Part shown: positions 1 through 7,910 of the stretch, piece by piece
Layout of the letters: each line of letters begins with the position of its first letter
How positions within the stretch are numbered: position 1 is the stretch's first letter
The notes under the pieces: generated by a model
What the model was told of the DNA's origin: nothing
Seen by the model: only the letters and a program-made list of their open reading frames with translations
The model's database searches: none
Made by a program: the position numbers and the translations under genes
Assembly (NCBI GenBank): GCA_041288045.1
Contig: JBGGMM010000065.1
Location: 1-22,195, forward strand
Length of the DNA stretch: 22,195 nt
Direction of reading: 5' to 3'
Origin: Pseudobdellovibrionaceae bacterium
Lineage (GTDB): Bacteria; Bdellovibrionota; Bdellovibrionia; Bdellovibrionales; Bdellovibrionaceae

Positions 1-398
1 CTGGCCGTGATCTTTTCAGCTTCTCTCACTGAAGTTGAAGAAATCTGCTCAAAGATCTCTAATTTCTCTTCTTTATTGAGATTTGTCTTTTGAAAGTATT
101 TTTGAGCCAGATTAATATGGCTTAAAGAAATTTGGCCGGATTCAATCTTCTCTTCAATCTCTGGAAGTTCTTTAAGTAATCTCATCGCTTTAATTCTTCG
201 ATAAGCTTGATCTTCCGAGTAGTTAAATTTTGCTACAGTAAATTCAAAGAGGGATTTAAATTCCAAAGCTGAATAAAGCCTTCTTCGATCGATTTCTTTT
301 AAGTGATGCAGAATCTCAGTGAGAAGCTCTCTTTCTTTTTGCACTAAGATTTCTGTATTTGAAAGCAAGCTTTCATCAGATAATTTTTTTAGATTCAT
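1..398 (-). CDS. 5' part of a putative DUF222-like / HNH-endonuclease-family protein (runs off the window edge)
   Basis: Hand translation from ATG at 398, with a GGAGG RBS just upstream, stays open to position 1: MNLKKLSDESLLSNTEILVQKERELLTEILHHLKEIDRRRLYSALEFKSLFEFTVAKFNYSEDQAYRRIKAMRLLKELPEIEEKIESGQISLSHINLAQKYF... The pattern ERE..EILHHL.EI.RR.LY...SLF....YSE.QA.RRI.A.RL..E.PE resembles the N-terminus of multicopy Bdellovibrio proteins annotated as HNH endonucleases (from memory). No HNH motif is visible in the window. Confidence 0.7.
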   Translation of the reverse strand, partial: MNLKKLSDESLLSNTEILVQKERELLTEILHHLKEIDRRRLYSALEFKSLFEFTVAKFNYSEDQAYRRIKAMRLLKELPEIEEKIESGQISLSHINLAQKYFQKTNLNKEEKLEIFEQISSTSVREAEKITA

Positions 399-639
399 AA
401 TTCCTCCGAAACTGAAAGCAACATAGCATGGGTTTTTAAAAGTGATTTTTGCTTAAGCATTTAAACTAAGAAAGAAGACATAAGAAAAAACACCAAGCTT
501 CTTGCAAGTATCAAAGCAAAGCTCACAGAGAAGAGATCTGTGCGGATAAAGTGGGATTACCAAGGTGTTAGAAAAACAAATTGCAGAAAAAGAATTCCTG
601 CAAAAACACTGTCAAAGAATATTTTATAAATAAAAAACA

Positions 640-811
640 TGATGCAGCGTTTTCTGAACGCCGCAAATTCCCGTATCCTAGAAATTGCTGCAGTGATTTC
701 TGAACAGCGCGAGAACCACCGGCCGGAATCTGCCGCAGCATTTTCTCATCACAGCCGGACCAGCACCACGAACCTTCGCATCCTAAAAAACTGCCGCGAT
801 GTTTTCTGAAC
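640..811. repeat. Degenerate direct-repeat array, four 20-bp units (consensus TGCYGCAGYGTTTTCTGAAC)
   Basis: Units align without gaps: 640 TGATGCAGCGTTTTCTGAAC, 686 TGCTGCAGTGATTTCTGAAC, 731 TGCCGCAGCATTTTCTCATC, 792 TGCCGCGATGTTTTCTGAAC. Gaps between units are 26, 25 and 41 nt. Units 2 and 4 also share the upstream flank CGYATCCTARAAA. Confidence 0.75.
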
Positions 812-853
812 GCTCCGAATTCAGTTCGGATTCTTCCGCGTGAATCAGGTGCC

Positions 854-890
854 AATAAATAAAAAGCCCCGACCGAATTGGGCCAGGGCT
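854..890 (-). terminator. Rho-independent terminator of the 919..1230 gene
   Basis: Minus strand reads AGCCCTGGCC-CAATTC-GGTCGGGGCT (10-bp stem, two G-U pairs) followed by TTTTATTTATT, starting 28 nt after the stop codon. Confidence 0.8.
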
Positions 891-918
891 CTTTCGTAAA
901 TCATGTGAATAAATAAAA

Positions 919-1230
919 TTAAGCTGCGATCTTTTCCTGCTTTTGGACTGGAGCTGGATTGAGCAAGCCGCGCGAATTGAAGGACTGAATGCAATCCTTC
1001 CAGAATTTTTCTTTGATTTTGTTTTCGGCGGGGCCGAATTTGAGTTTTGGAAATTCGCCCTTTTCAAAGTAGCCCGTAAATTCTTCGTATTTGCAGCCGC
1101 GAACGACTTTCAGGAGTAAATTTAAATGAACCTCTGTCATGGGCTTGCCATCAACCAACATTTTGCGCAGGCCCTGCTCGGGTGTGTGAAGTAAAAAATC
1201 GTATAAACTGCCTAAGTCGTATTGACTCAT
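919..1230 (-). CDS. Hypothetical protein, 103 aa
   Basis: ATG with AGGGGG RBS, its own promoter-like sequence upstream and a terminator downstream. No recognised domain. Confidence 0.8.
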   Translation of the reverse strand: MSQYDLGSLYDFLLHTPEQGLRKMLVDGKPMTEVHLNLLLKVVRGCKYEEFTGYFEKGEFPKLKFGPAENKIKEKFWKDCIQSFNSRGLLNPAPVQKQEKIAA

Positions 1231-1257
1231 GAATCCCCCTTGGTGATCACATGAATC

Positions 1258-1284
1258 TTATCGGCATTTCGAAGCAAATCTTAA
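1258..1284 (-). promoter_or_regulatory. Sigma-28 (FliA)-type promoter
   Basis: Minus strand TTAAGATT-N11-GCCGATAA versus consensus TAAAGTTT-N11-GCCGATAA: perfect -10, 6/8 at -35, exact spacer, 27 nt upstream of the ATG at 1230. Confidence 0.8.
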
Positions 1285-1299
1285 AACCTTGGTCCAGTT

Positions 1300-1316
1300 T
1301 GTCTCAGACTGAGACA
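1300..1316. promoter_or_regulatory. Perfect 7-3-7 palindrome TGTCTCA-GAC-TGAGACA, candidate transcription-factor site
   Basis: Lies 15 nt upstream of the sigma-28 -35 box and just after the folE stop. It has no U-tract on the transcribed (minus) strand. Confidence 0.55.
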
Positions 1317-1319
1317 GTT

Positions 1320-1982
1320 TTAAAAGCGAACTCGACAGTGGCGCAGGAACTCTTCGCGGGTTTCTGGCTTGGTTTTAAAATGGCCACGCAGGTCGGACGT
1401 GGCAGTGGAGCTGTTATGATCCTGAACCCCGCGGGCAATCACACAGTAGTGCTTGGCATTCACGTGGACTGCCACATGATCGGTCCCCAGAACATACTGC
1501 AGGCAATCGGCGATCTGCTTGGTGAGTCTTTCTTGAACCTGGGGACGACGAGAGAAAAACCTCACCACCCGGTTGATTTTCGAAAGGCCGATGACTTTTT
1601 TATTGGGAATATAGGCCACAGTGGCAAAACCATCGATGGTTTGAAAATGGTGTTCACACACACTCAAGACAGAAATGTCCTGAATCAAAACCATCTGATC
1701 ATACTGCATTTCATTGTCGATCACTGTCATTTTCGGAAAGTGATCGGGGTTGAGACCACTGAAGATCTCGTTGACATACATTTTGGCAATTCGCTTGGGA
1801 GTTTCCCGCAAAGAATCGTTTTTCAAATCCAAGCCTAAAACCTTCATGATTTCAGTGAAGTGCTTGGTGATGATTTCAACCTTCTCTTCTGGAGAATGGG
1901 CAGTATCAATAACTGGTGTCGGCCGAACATGCGAGAGGATATCTCGGACTGAATAAGTGGTCGTGTGCTTGCCTTTTTTCAT
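1320..1982 (-). CDS. folE: GTP cyclohydrolase I
   Basis: Motifs [35 protein letters not shown] and HYC..ARG. Confidence 0.97.
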   Translation of the reverse strand: MKKGKHTTTYSVRDILSHVRPTPVIDTAHSPEEKVEIITKHFTEIMKVLGLDLKNDSLRETPKRIAKMYVNEIFSGLNPDHFPKMTVIDNEMQYDQMVLIQDISVLSVCEHHFQTIDGFATVAYIPNKKVIGLSKINRVVRFFSRRPQVQERLTKQIADCLQYVLGTDHVAVHVNAKHYCVIARGVQDHNSSTATSDLRGHFKTKPETREEFLRHCRVRF

Positions 1983-2004
1983 AGCTCATCCCTTTAGCGA
2001 AAAA

Positions 2005-3495
2005 CTAGCTGCTTGTCTTGAGAAATCGGTTGGCAGCTTCAATCCCGGTGAGAATGGCACCATTCATAGTCCCCATCCAGTTGAGGCTGAGCCAATCGCC
2101 CGCCAAAGTCCATCCATCTGCAAATGGAATTTCAGGATCGAAATTCTGGAATTGCCCTGGCTTTAAATAGGCACGGCTTCCCTTGGACCAAGGATAAAGT
2201 CTCCAATTTTGAATATGACTGATATTTTCATAGGAGGAGCTGTTGGGATTGACCTTGGCTAAATCTTTTAAGGCCTGTTGAATGGAATGGAGGCCGGCTT
2301 GAGCGCCAGGATCCCCTCCGCATTGAACTTCCAGCAATCCATGCAAAGAACCCAGATTGGAGACCACCGGATCCCCGCCCTCAGCAACAGAGGTGGTCGG
2401 AAGATCCATGTACAACTTCCCCCCACTGCTCAACACCGGATCATCCTGCCAGAATCGATCTTGAAATCCCAAAATGATCTTGGAGTGATTGCCCAGATTT
2501 TGTTCTGAGATCTGTTTTTTCTTTCCTGCTGCGAATTTCAGGCGATCCCATCCAGACACTTGCCTGAGAAGTGCTGGCGGCAATGTGCAAATCACTCGTC
2601 GGCCTTTGATTTCAGTCACACCCGTCGGTGTGCGAAAATAAAGGCTCCAGGAGTTTTCATCTTCGTTTCTTTTAATTTCAGTCAACTGATGCTGAAATTT
2701 AACAAAGCGATCTGGAATCACTCCACCAATGCGATCATAAAGAGCCTGTGTAAAATTGGAAGTCCCGCCAGAAACCTTGAAAAATTTTTTTCCAGCTGGA
2801 CGGAATTGGTCCCTCACCCAGTGGACAAGATGAAGAGCCGAAATTTCATAGGGCTCGACTCCCCACTCACTGCGAATCACTTGTTCTAAAAATGATTTCA
2901 TCCAAGGGCGCATTTGAGTCTCAAGCCGATTCAGCAATTCTTTTCCCGACATTCGATCCAGAAGCACTGCCTTTGGCAATTGCTCTTGGTTTTTAGCACT
3001 GAGAAATTGAGCCAGATTTCCATAGGATTCAGCTTGAACCGTGCGAAAAAGCTTTTGCAATTCCAAGCTTTCCCGGCGCCAGTCCTTGCCTTCTAAAAGT
3101 CGTCCATTATCAAACCAAGCCGCGCTTTCTTTCGTCGTGAATTCAATCAATGCGACTTTCAACTCTTGCGCCAAGCTTTGAAAGGCCATGTGATCCGCTT
3201 CGATTCGATCCGGCCCCAACTCGCCTTGACGAGAAGAAATATTGAGATTCTTCAAAGTCCAAACTCGTCCCCCCATGCGCGAAGATCCTTCAAACAGTCG
3301 AAATGGAATCTGGTTTTTTTTGAGGTGATAGGCGGCGGAAAGACCGGCCAAGCCGGCACCCACAATCAACACTTTGTCACCTTCATCCAAAGAGTCCCCC
3401 ATAAACAGGCGATCCAAGCTGGCGCAACCAGCAACTGGCAAGAGGGCCGAGCTGGCCAAGAGGCTTTGAATGAAATCTCTGCGTGATTTTTGCAT
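2005..3495 (-). CDS. Flavin monoamine oxidase / amino-acid oxidase family FAD enzyme, predicted Tat-exported lipoprotein
   Basis: SRRDFI twin-arginine motif, VAGC lipobox, GAGLAGL dinucleotide fold, GGRVWT, and C-terminal AGD...GTMNGAILTG. Confidence 0.88.
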   Translation of the reverse strand: MQKSRRDFIQSLLASSALLPVAGCASLDRLFMGDSLDEGDKVLIVGAGLAGLSAAYHLKKNQIPFRLFEGSSRMGGRVWTLKNLNISSRQGELGPDRIEADHMAFQSLAQELKVALIEFTTKESAAWFDNGRLLEGKDWRRESLELQKLFRTVQAESYGNLAQFLSAKNQEQLPKAVLLDRMSGKELLNRLETQMRPWMKSFLEQVIRSEWGVEPYEISALHLVHWVRDQFRPAGKKFFKVSGGTSNFTQALYDRIGGVIPDRFVKFQHQLTEIKRNEDENSWSLYFRTPTGVTEIKGRRVICTLPPALLRQVSGWDRLKFAAGKKKQISEQNLGNHSKIILGFQDRFWQDDPVLSSGGKLYMDLPTTSVAEGGDPVVSNLGSLHGLLEVQCGGDPGAQAGLHSIQQALKDLAKVNPNSSSYENISHIQNWRLYPWSKGSRAYLKPGQFQNFDPEIPFADGWTLAGDWLSLNWMGTMNGAILTGIEAANRFLKTSS

Positions 3496-3530
3496 CCTTT
3501 TGAGTGTAGAACGAGGCTTTCAGAAAGCCA

Positions 3531-4127
3531 ATGATGATCCCTTGCGAAACCCTGCAAAAACTCAATGAGAATCACTGGGTGCTGGTGCAAAACTTCTTCA
3601 CAGAGAAAGAACTTCAGCACTTGAAGGCTGAAGCCCTTCGCCGCTGGCAAAAAGGCGAGTTTCAACCTGCCAAGGTGGGTCGAAGCCAGGAGCGCCAAAC
3701 GGCTGCTGAAATTCGCAGCGATTGGATTTCCTGGATGGATTTAAATCTGCCGGAATTTGATTTTTTTGCTCAGGCAGTGAGTCAGTTGCAATCCGACCTC
3801 AATCAAAATTTCTATTTGGGTCTTCAGACTTTTGAATGCCATTGGGCTCGATATGCCGAAGGCCAATTTTACAAAGAGCATCTGGATCAGTCACCAGTGA
3901 AAAGCCGGCTTCACGGAGAGCGCGTCATCTCTTTTGTGCTCTACCTCAATGAAAACTGGCAAAATGGAGATGGCGGCGAGCTTTGCCTTCGCCATCAGCC
4001 GGAAGAAATTCGCATCCAGCCCCGCTGGGGAGAGCTTGTGCTCTTTCGCTCAAACACAGTTCCGCATGCTGTCTTGCCTTCGCGAACCGAGAGATGGAGC
4101 TTGACGGGCTGGTTTCGCAGGATTTGA
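3531..4127 (+). CDS. 2OG-Fe(II) oxygenase (prolyl-hydroxylase-like)
   Basis: IRSDWISW, FYKEHLD (HxD), YLNENW..GDGGEL, VPHAV (distal His) and ERWSLTGW (2OG-binding Arg). Confidence 0.92.
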   Translation: MMIPCETLQKLNENHWVLVQNFFTEKELQHLKAEALRRWQKGEFQPAKVGRSQERQTAAEIRSDWISWMDLNLPEFDFFAQAVSQLQSDLNQNFYLGLQTFECHWARYAEGQFYKEHLDQSPVKSRLHGERVISFVLYLNENWQNGDGGELCLRHQPEEIRIQPRWGELVLFRSNTVPHAVLPSRTERWSLTGWFRRI

Positions 4128-4137
4128 ATGGAAGCCC

Positions 4138-5952
4138 ATGCGAAACCACCTTTTGCTCGAGGTCTTTTTTTCTAGGCCTCTCTGGAAATTGACAATTGTT
4201 CTGAGCTCCCTTTTCGCGACTTTCTTTGGGTTGCTGGGTCCCTTTTTACAAAAAGAATTCATCGACCATCTGGCTGATCAGCAGGGCTCTTTAAGCTTTC
4301 TGATTTATGCTTTCATCGCGCTTTTTCTGTCTCTGGGTCTGAACGTGCTCACCAATTTTCTGGGAATGCGTGAGGCCATCTTTATGCAAAGAGTGTTGGC
4401 GCAAAGGCTTTACGATCACACTCTGCATCTTCGCACAGACAGTCTCAAGGGAAGACCTGTGGGAGAAATCGTCTCTCTGTACGCCACCGATGTCCCAGGT
4501 GCGACCGTCTTTCTGGAGCAAAGCTTACCGACAGGTGTGAGCATTTTCTTTCCGATGATTCTCGCTCCCTACACTCTGGTCAATTATTTCGGTGTTCCTC
4601 TGTGGCCCCTGATGATTTTGATGGGTACAATTATTCTTTTGAGTTTTTTTATGGCTTTTCGCCAAAGCCAGTTTTTCTTTCAATTCAAAAAATTAGCTGC
4701 TGAGCGAATCGGACTTGTCAGTGAATGGATTCAAAACATCCGAGCTCTTCGCATTTTGGGTTGGGTCGAAGCCTTTGAAGACAAAATTTTTCAGGTTCGC
4801 CATGTTGAAACTCGCAATCGCATTTCAATGGTGACCAATGGCCAAAGCATGAATGCGATCAGTTCGACAGTCGCTTTTCTCTTGAATGTGACAGTGCTGT
4901 CATCTTTGATTTTTATGACGGATCAAAAACTCACTCCGGGCAGCTTGCTGGCCTTGCTTTGGATTGTCGCGGTTTTTCTGACTAGACCCTTTCGCCAAAT
5001 GCCCTGGTTTTTCACTTTCGTTTTTGATTCTTGGACCTCTTTGCAAAGAATTGAATCTTTTCTGCTTTTGCAGAATCAGGATTCTCAACAAAGATCCCAA
5101 GAGTTTCGCAAACTGCAGTCGCTTTCAGAATCCAACAAAGCACTGCTTGTGGAAAATTTGAATTTGACCATCAGTTCTCATCACCTTTTAAAAAATATTT
5201 CCTTTGAAATTAAAACTGGCGAATTTGTCACGATTGTCGGTGAAGTCGGAAGTGGCAAAAGCCTTCTTCTTTTGTCTTTACTAGGTGAAACCGGGGCTTC
5301 ATTTGGAAAATATGAAATTGGCGGCAATCAAGCTGCGACCCTCCCATTGGATCAATTGCGCCAGTTCTACACTTTTGTTCCACAAGAGGGATTTATCATG
5401 AGTGCCACACTGAGAGAAAATGTGGCTTTTGAATATGGAATTTCCACGAAAGTCCCGGATGATTTGATTTTGAATTCTTTGGATCGCTGTCAGTTCAAAC
5501 TGAAAAATGAAAGAATTGAACACGGCCTGGAGACAGAGATTGGCGAGCGCGGAGTCAATCTTTCTGGCGGCCAAAAACAACGAGTGAGCTTAGCTCGAGT
5601 GGATTATTACCAATCTCCCCTCGTGCTTTTAGATGACTGTCTCAGCGCCGTGGACGTAGATACTGAGAGCAAACTCATCGATGAGTTGATCAAAGGAGCC
5701 TGGAAAAGCCGAACTCGGATTCTGGTCACACACAGACTGACAGTGCTTGAAAAATCGGATCGAATTTTGTTTTTGCACGATGGAACGATCAAAGCGCAGG
5801 GAAATTTTCACGAACTGCTCGCAACGAACAGCGAGTTTCGCCTTTTTGCCTCCACTGTCGCGCAAGATGAATCCAAAAGAGCTCCCCCTTCGGCAGTTGA
5901 CAATGTTGAGCTTGCCACCACACCAGTTGACACTTCGGAGCCTGAATCATGA
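4138..5952 (+). CDS. ABC exporter half-transporter (TMD+NBD), resembling ABCC/MRP TMD1-NBD1
   Basis: Hydrophobic N-terminal helices, Walker A GEVGSGKS, EIGERGVNLSGGQKQR signature, and Walker B LLDDCLSAVD with Asp in place of the catalytic Glu. Confidence 0.93.
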   Translation: MRNHLLLEVFFSRPLWKLTIVLSSLFATFFGLLGPFLQKEFIDHLADQQGSLSFLIYAFIALFLSLGLNVLTNFLGMREAIFMQRVLAQRLYDHTLHLRTDSLKGRPVGEIVSLYATDVPGATVFLEQSLPTGVSIFFPMILAPYTLVNYFGVPLWPLMILMGTIILLSFFMAFRQSQFFFQFKKLAAERIGLVSEWIQNIRALRILGWVEAFEDKIFQVRHVETRNRISMVTNGQSMNAISSTVAFLLNVTVLSSLIFMTDQKLTPGSLLALLWIVAVFLTRPFRQMPWFFTFVFDSWTSLQRIESFLLLQNQDSQQRSQEFRKLQSLSESNKALLVENLNLTISSHHLLKNISFEIKTGEFVTIVGEVGSGKSLLLLSLLGETGASFGKYEIGGNQAATLPLDQLRQFYTFVPQEGFIMSATLRENVAFEYGISTKVPDDLILNSLDRCQFKLKNERIEHGLETEIGERGVNLSGGQKQRVSLARVDYYQSPLVLLDDCLSAVDVDTESKLIDELIKGAWKSRTRILVTHRLTVLEKSDRILFLHDGTIKAQGNFHELLATNSEFRLFASTVAQDESKRAPPSAVDNVELATTPVDTSEPES

Positions 5953-7856
5953 AAGAGCGTAGATCTTTTCTTGATCAAGAAACTCGGTTCACTGGCAAAT
6001 ATCAAAGAACCGTTTTTGAAACTCTGTGGATTGCTTATCGACCCTATTTACCAAGAGTGATTTTTTGTCTACTCTCTGGTTTTTTGGGCCGTCTCGCTGT
6101 TTTGGCCAATGCCAATGTGATTGGTTACTGGGTGGATTCATTTTGCGATCCGAACGAATCCAGTCAATGCAAAGCCCTGCCCTCCCTTTTTCGGAATTTT
6201 GAAACTCCAAATTATATTTTTCTGCTTTTCGGACTGACCCTTTTGGGCTTTTGTTTTATTTTGATTTTTCGTGTTCTTTTTTCTCGCATGTCGGCTTTGG
6301 CTGTCAGTCAGATTTACGATGAGACGACACTTCGGACTTCGCGCCAACCGATGAGTTTTTTTGATTCCACTCCGGCAGGCCGGATCATCACTCGGTTTTC
6401 CAGCGATTATGGCAACGTTTTTCGTTTGTTCGGTGGCCCTCTCGCCGAACTGCTGGCGATTGTCTTTGATTTGGTCGCGATGATCCTTTTGATTGGCTTT
6501 GCCAGTCCTTTTTACCTTCCTCTGGTTGTTGTGGTTGGAATTTTAGATTTTTTCGTTTTCAAACTGAATGTCAACCGGATGCGGACAGCTCGTCGCAATC
6601 TCTCGGCCAGTCGCTCCCCTTCTATTGCCCATTTTGCGGAGACGGCCCAAGGCGCCAGCACTGTGCGATCTTTTAATAAACAAAATTCTTTTTCTCAACG
6701 CTTTGAATTTTTAGACAAGACTTATCTTAAGAACAAGCTGGATACCACCAAAGCGCTCTTGTCCTTCTCGTTTCAAATCAATTGCATGACCGCTTTGTTT
6801 CTCCTCGCCACCGGCGCAATGGCCTGGTGGCTTTTGCAAAAATCCTATCTTTCTATTGGTTCTATTGGGGTGGCTTTCAGCTTCATCGCTTTATCTGGAA
6901 CAACAGTTCAGATGTTCTTTGAATGGATCTCTCAATTTGAAGAGGCAATGGTTGGAGTGGAAAGATTGGATGATTACATTCGAAAGCCTCTGGAAAGAGG
7001 AGCTCGCCTTCCATCCCAAGCTCAATTTCAGACGGGCCATGCTCATTTTCAGGCCCATGAAGAAGAGAGTTTGCTCAAGGAAAAGCTGACCAAAGAAGCG
7101 GCAGCTCCTGTTCAGTTTGATCGCGTCTTTTTCCGCTACCGTGAGGATTTGCCTGCAGTCTTGAAAAATTTGGATTTCGAGATCAAAGCTGGGGAGAGAT
7201 TTGGAATTGTCGGACGCACTGGCAGCGGAAAATCCAGCTTGGTACAGGCACTTTTTTATCTTTACCCCATCGAAAGCGGTGCCATTCGGATTGCAGGCAA
7301 AAGGCCCCAACCCCTCGATGGAAGCATTTCAGAAGATTTCGTTGATTTGAATCTCTATCGGCGCTCAATTGCCTTCATTGCCCAGGATCCGACTTTATTC
7401 CGCGGCACTCTTCGAGAAAATTTGGATATCACGGGCCGGATTGGGCCTGAGGATTTGTTTGAAGTCTTAAAGAAAGTCGGACTTCCCGAATGGGCCAATG
7501 ATTACGACCTCAATCGCCCGATTGAGGAAAGAGGCCGAAACCTTTCACAAGGAGAAAGGCAATTGATCTCCATGGCCCGCTGCCTTTTGCAAGAGGCCCC
7601 AGTGATTGTTATGGATGAGGCCACCAGTTCTGTTGATCCTCAGTCCGAAGAGATCCTGGTTCGAGCCACAGAAGAGTTTTTTAAAGATAAAACACAGATC
7701 ATCATTGCCCATCGCCTTTCAACTCTGCAAAGCTGTGATCGAATTCTCTGGCTTCAAAATGGCGAAATCCAATTATTGGGCCCACCCCGCGAAGTTCTGC
7801 CTGTGTTTCAGCGGGCCAATTTAGAGCGATTGAATCCTGGTCCCCGAACTGTTTAG
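5949..7856 (+). CDS. ABC exporter half-transporter (TMD+NBD), resembling ABCC/MRP TMD2-NBD2
   Basis: ATGA overlap with the previous gene. Motifs PMSFFDSTPAGRIITRFSSD, GIVGRTGSGKSS, degenerate signature NLSQGERQL, VMDEATSSVD and IAHRLST. Confidence 0.93.
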   Translation: MKERRSFLDQETRFTGKYQRTVFETLWIAYRPYLPRVIFCLLSGFLGRLAVLANANVIGYWVDSFCDPNESSQCKALPSLFRNFETPNYIFLLFGLTLLGFCFILIFRVLFSRMSALAVSQIYDETTLRTSRQPMSFFDSTPAGRIITRFSSDYGNVFRLFGGPLAELLAIVFDLVAMILLIGFASPFYLPLVVVVGILDFFVFKLNVNRMRTARRNLSASRSPSIAHFAETAQGASTVRSFNKQNSFSQRFEFLDKTYLKNKLDTTKALLSFSFQINCMTALFLLATGAMAWWLLQKSYLSIGSIGVAFSFIALSGTTVQMFFEWISQFEEAMVGVERLDDYIRKPLERGARLPSQAQFQTGHAHFQAHEEESLLKEKLTKEAAAPVQFDRVFFRYREDLPAVLKNLDFEIKAGERFGIVGRTGSGKSSLVQALFYLYPIESGAIRIAGKRPQPLDGSISEDFVDLNLYRRSIAFIAQDPTLFRGTLRENLDITGRIGPEDLFEVLKKVGLPEWANDYDLNRPIEERGRNLSQGERQLISMARCLLQEAPVIVMDEATSSVDPQSEEILVRATEEFFKDKTQIIIAHRLSTLQSCDRILWLQNGEIQLLGPPREVLPVFQRANLERLNPGPRTV

Positions 7857-7910
7857 CTTGTTATTTCTTCAGTTTTTGTTAAAGATGGAAAGAGATGCGG
7901 GAGCCGATTC

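Noticed and set aside
640..811. CRISPR array call for the 20-bp repeats (they begin with GTT on the minus strand)
   Set aside because: The units are short and degenerate, spacing is irregular (26/25/41), two spacers resemble each other, and there are no cas genes in the window. Kept as a generic repeat.
568..1067. 95-aa and 94-aa minus-strand ORFs
   Set aside because: They cross the repeat array, the terminator or the real 103-aa gene in another frame, and have no convincing RBS or protein-like features.
1251..1838. 195-aa plus-strand ORF and the many similar antisense ORFs in the track
   Set aside because: Shadow frames of well-supported genes such as folE, mgtE and mnmH.
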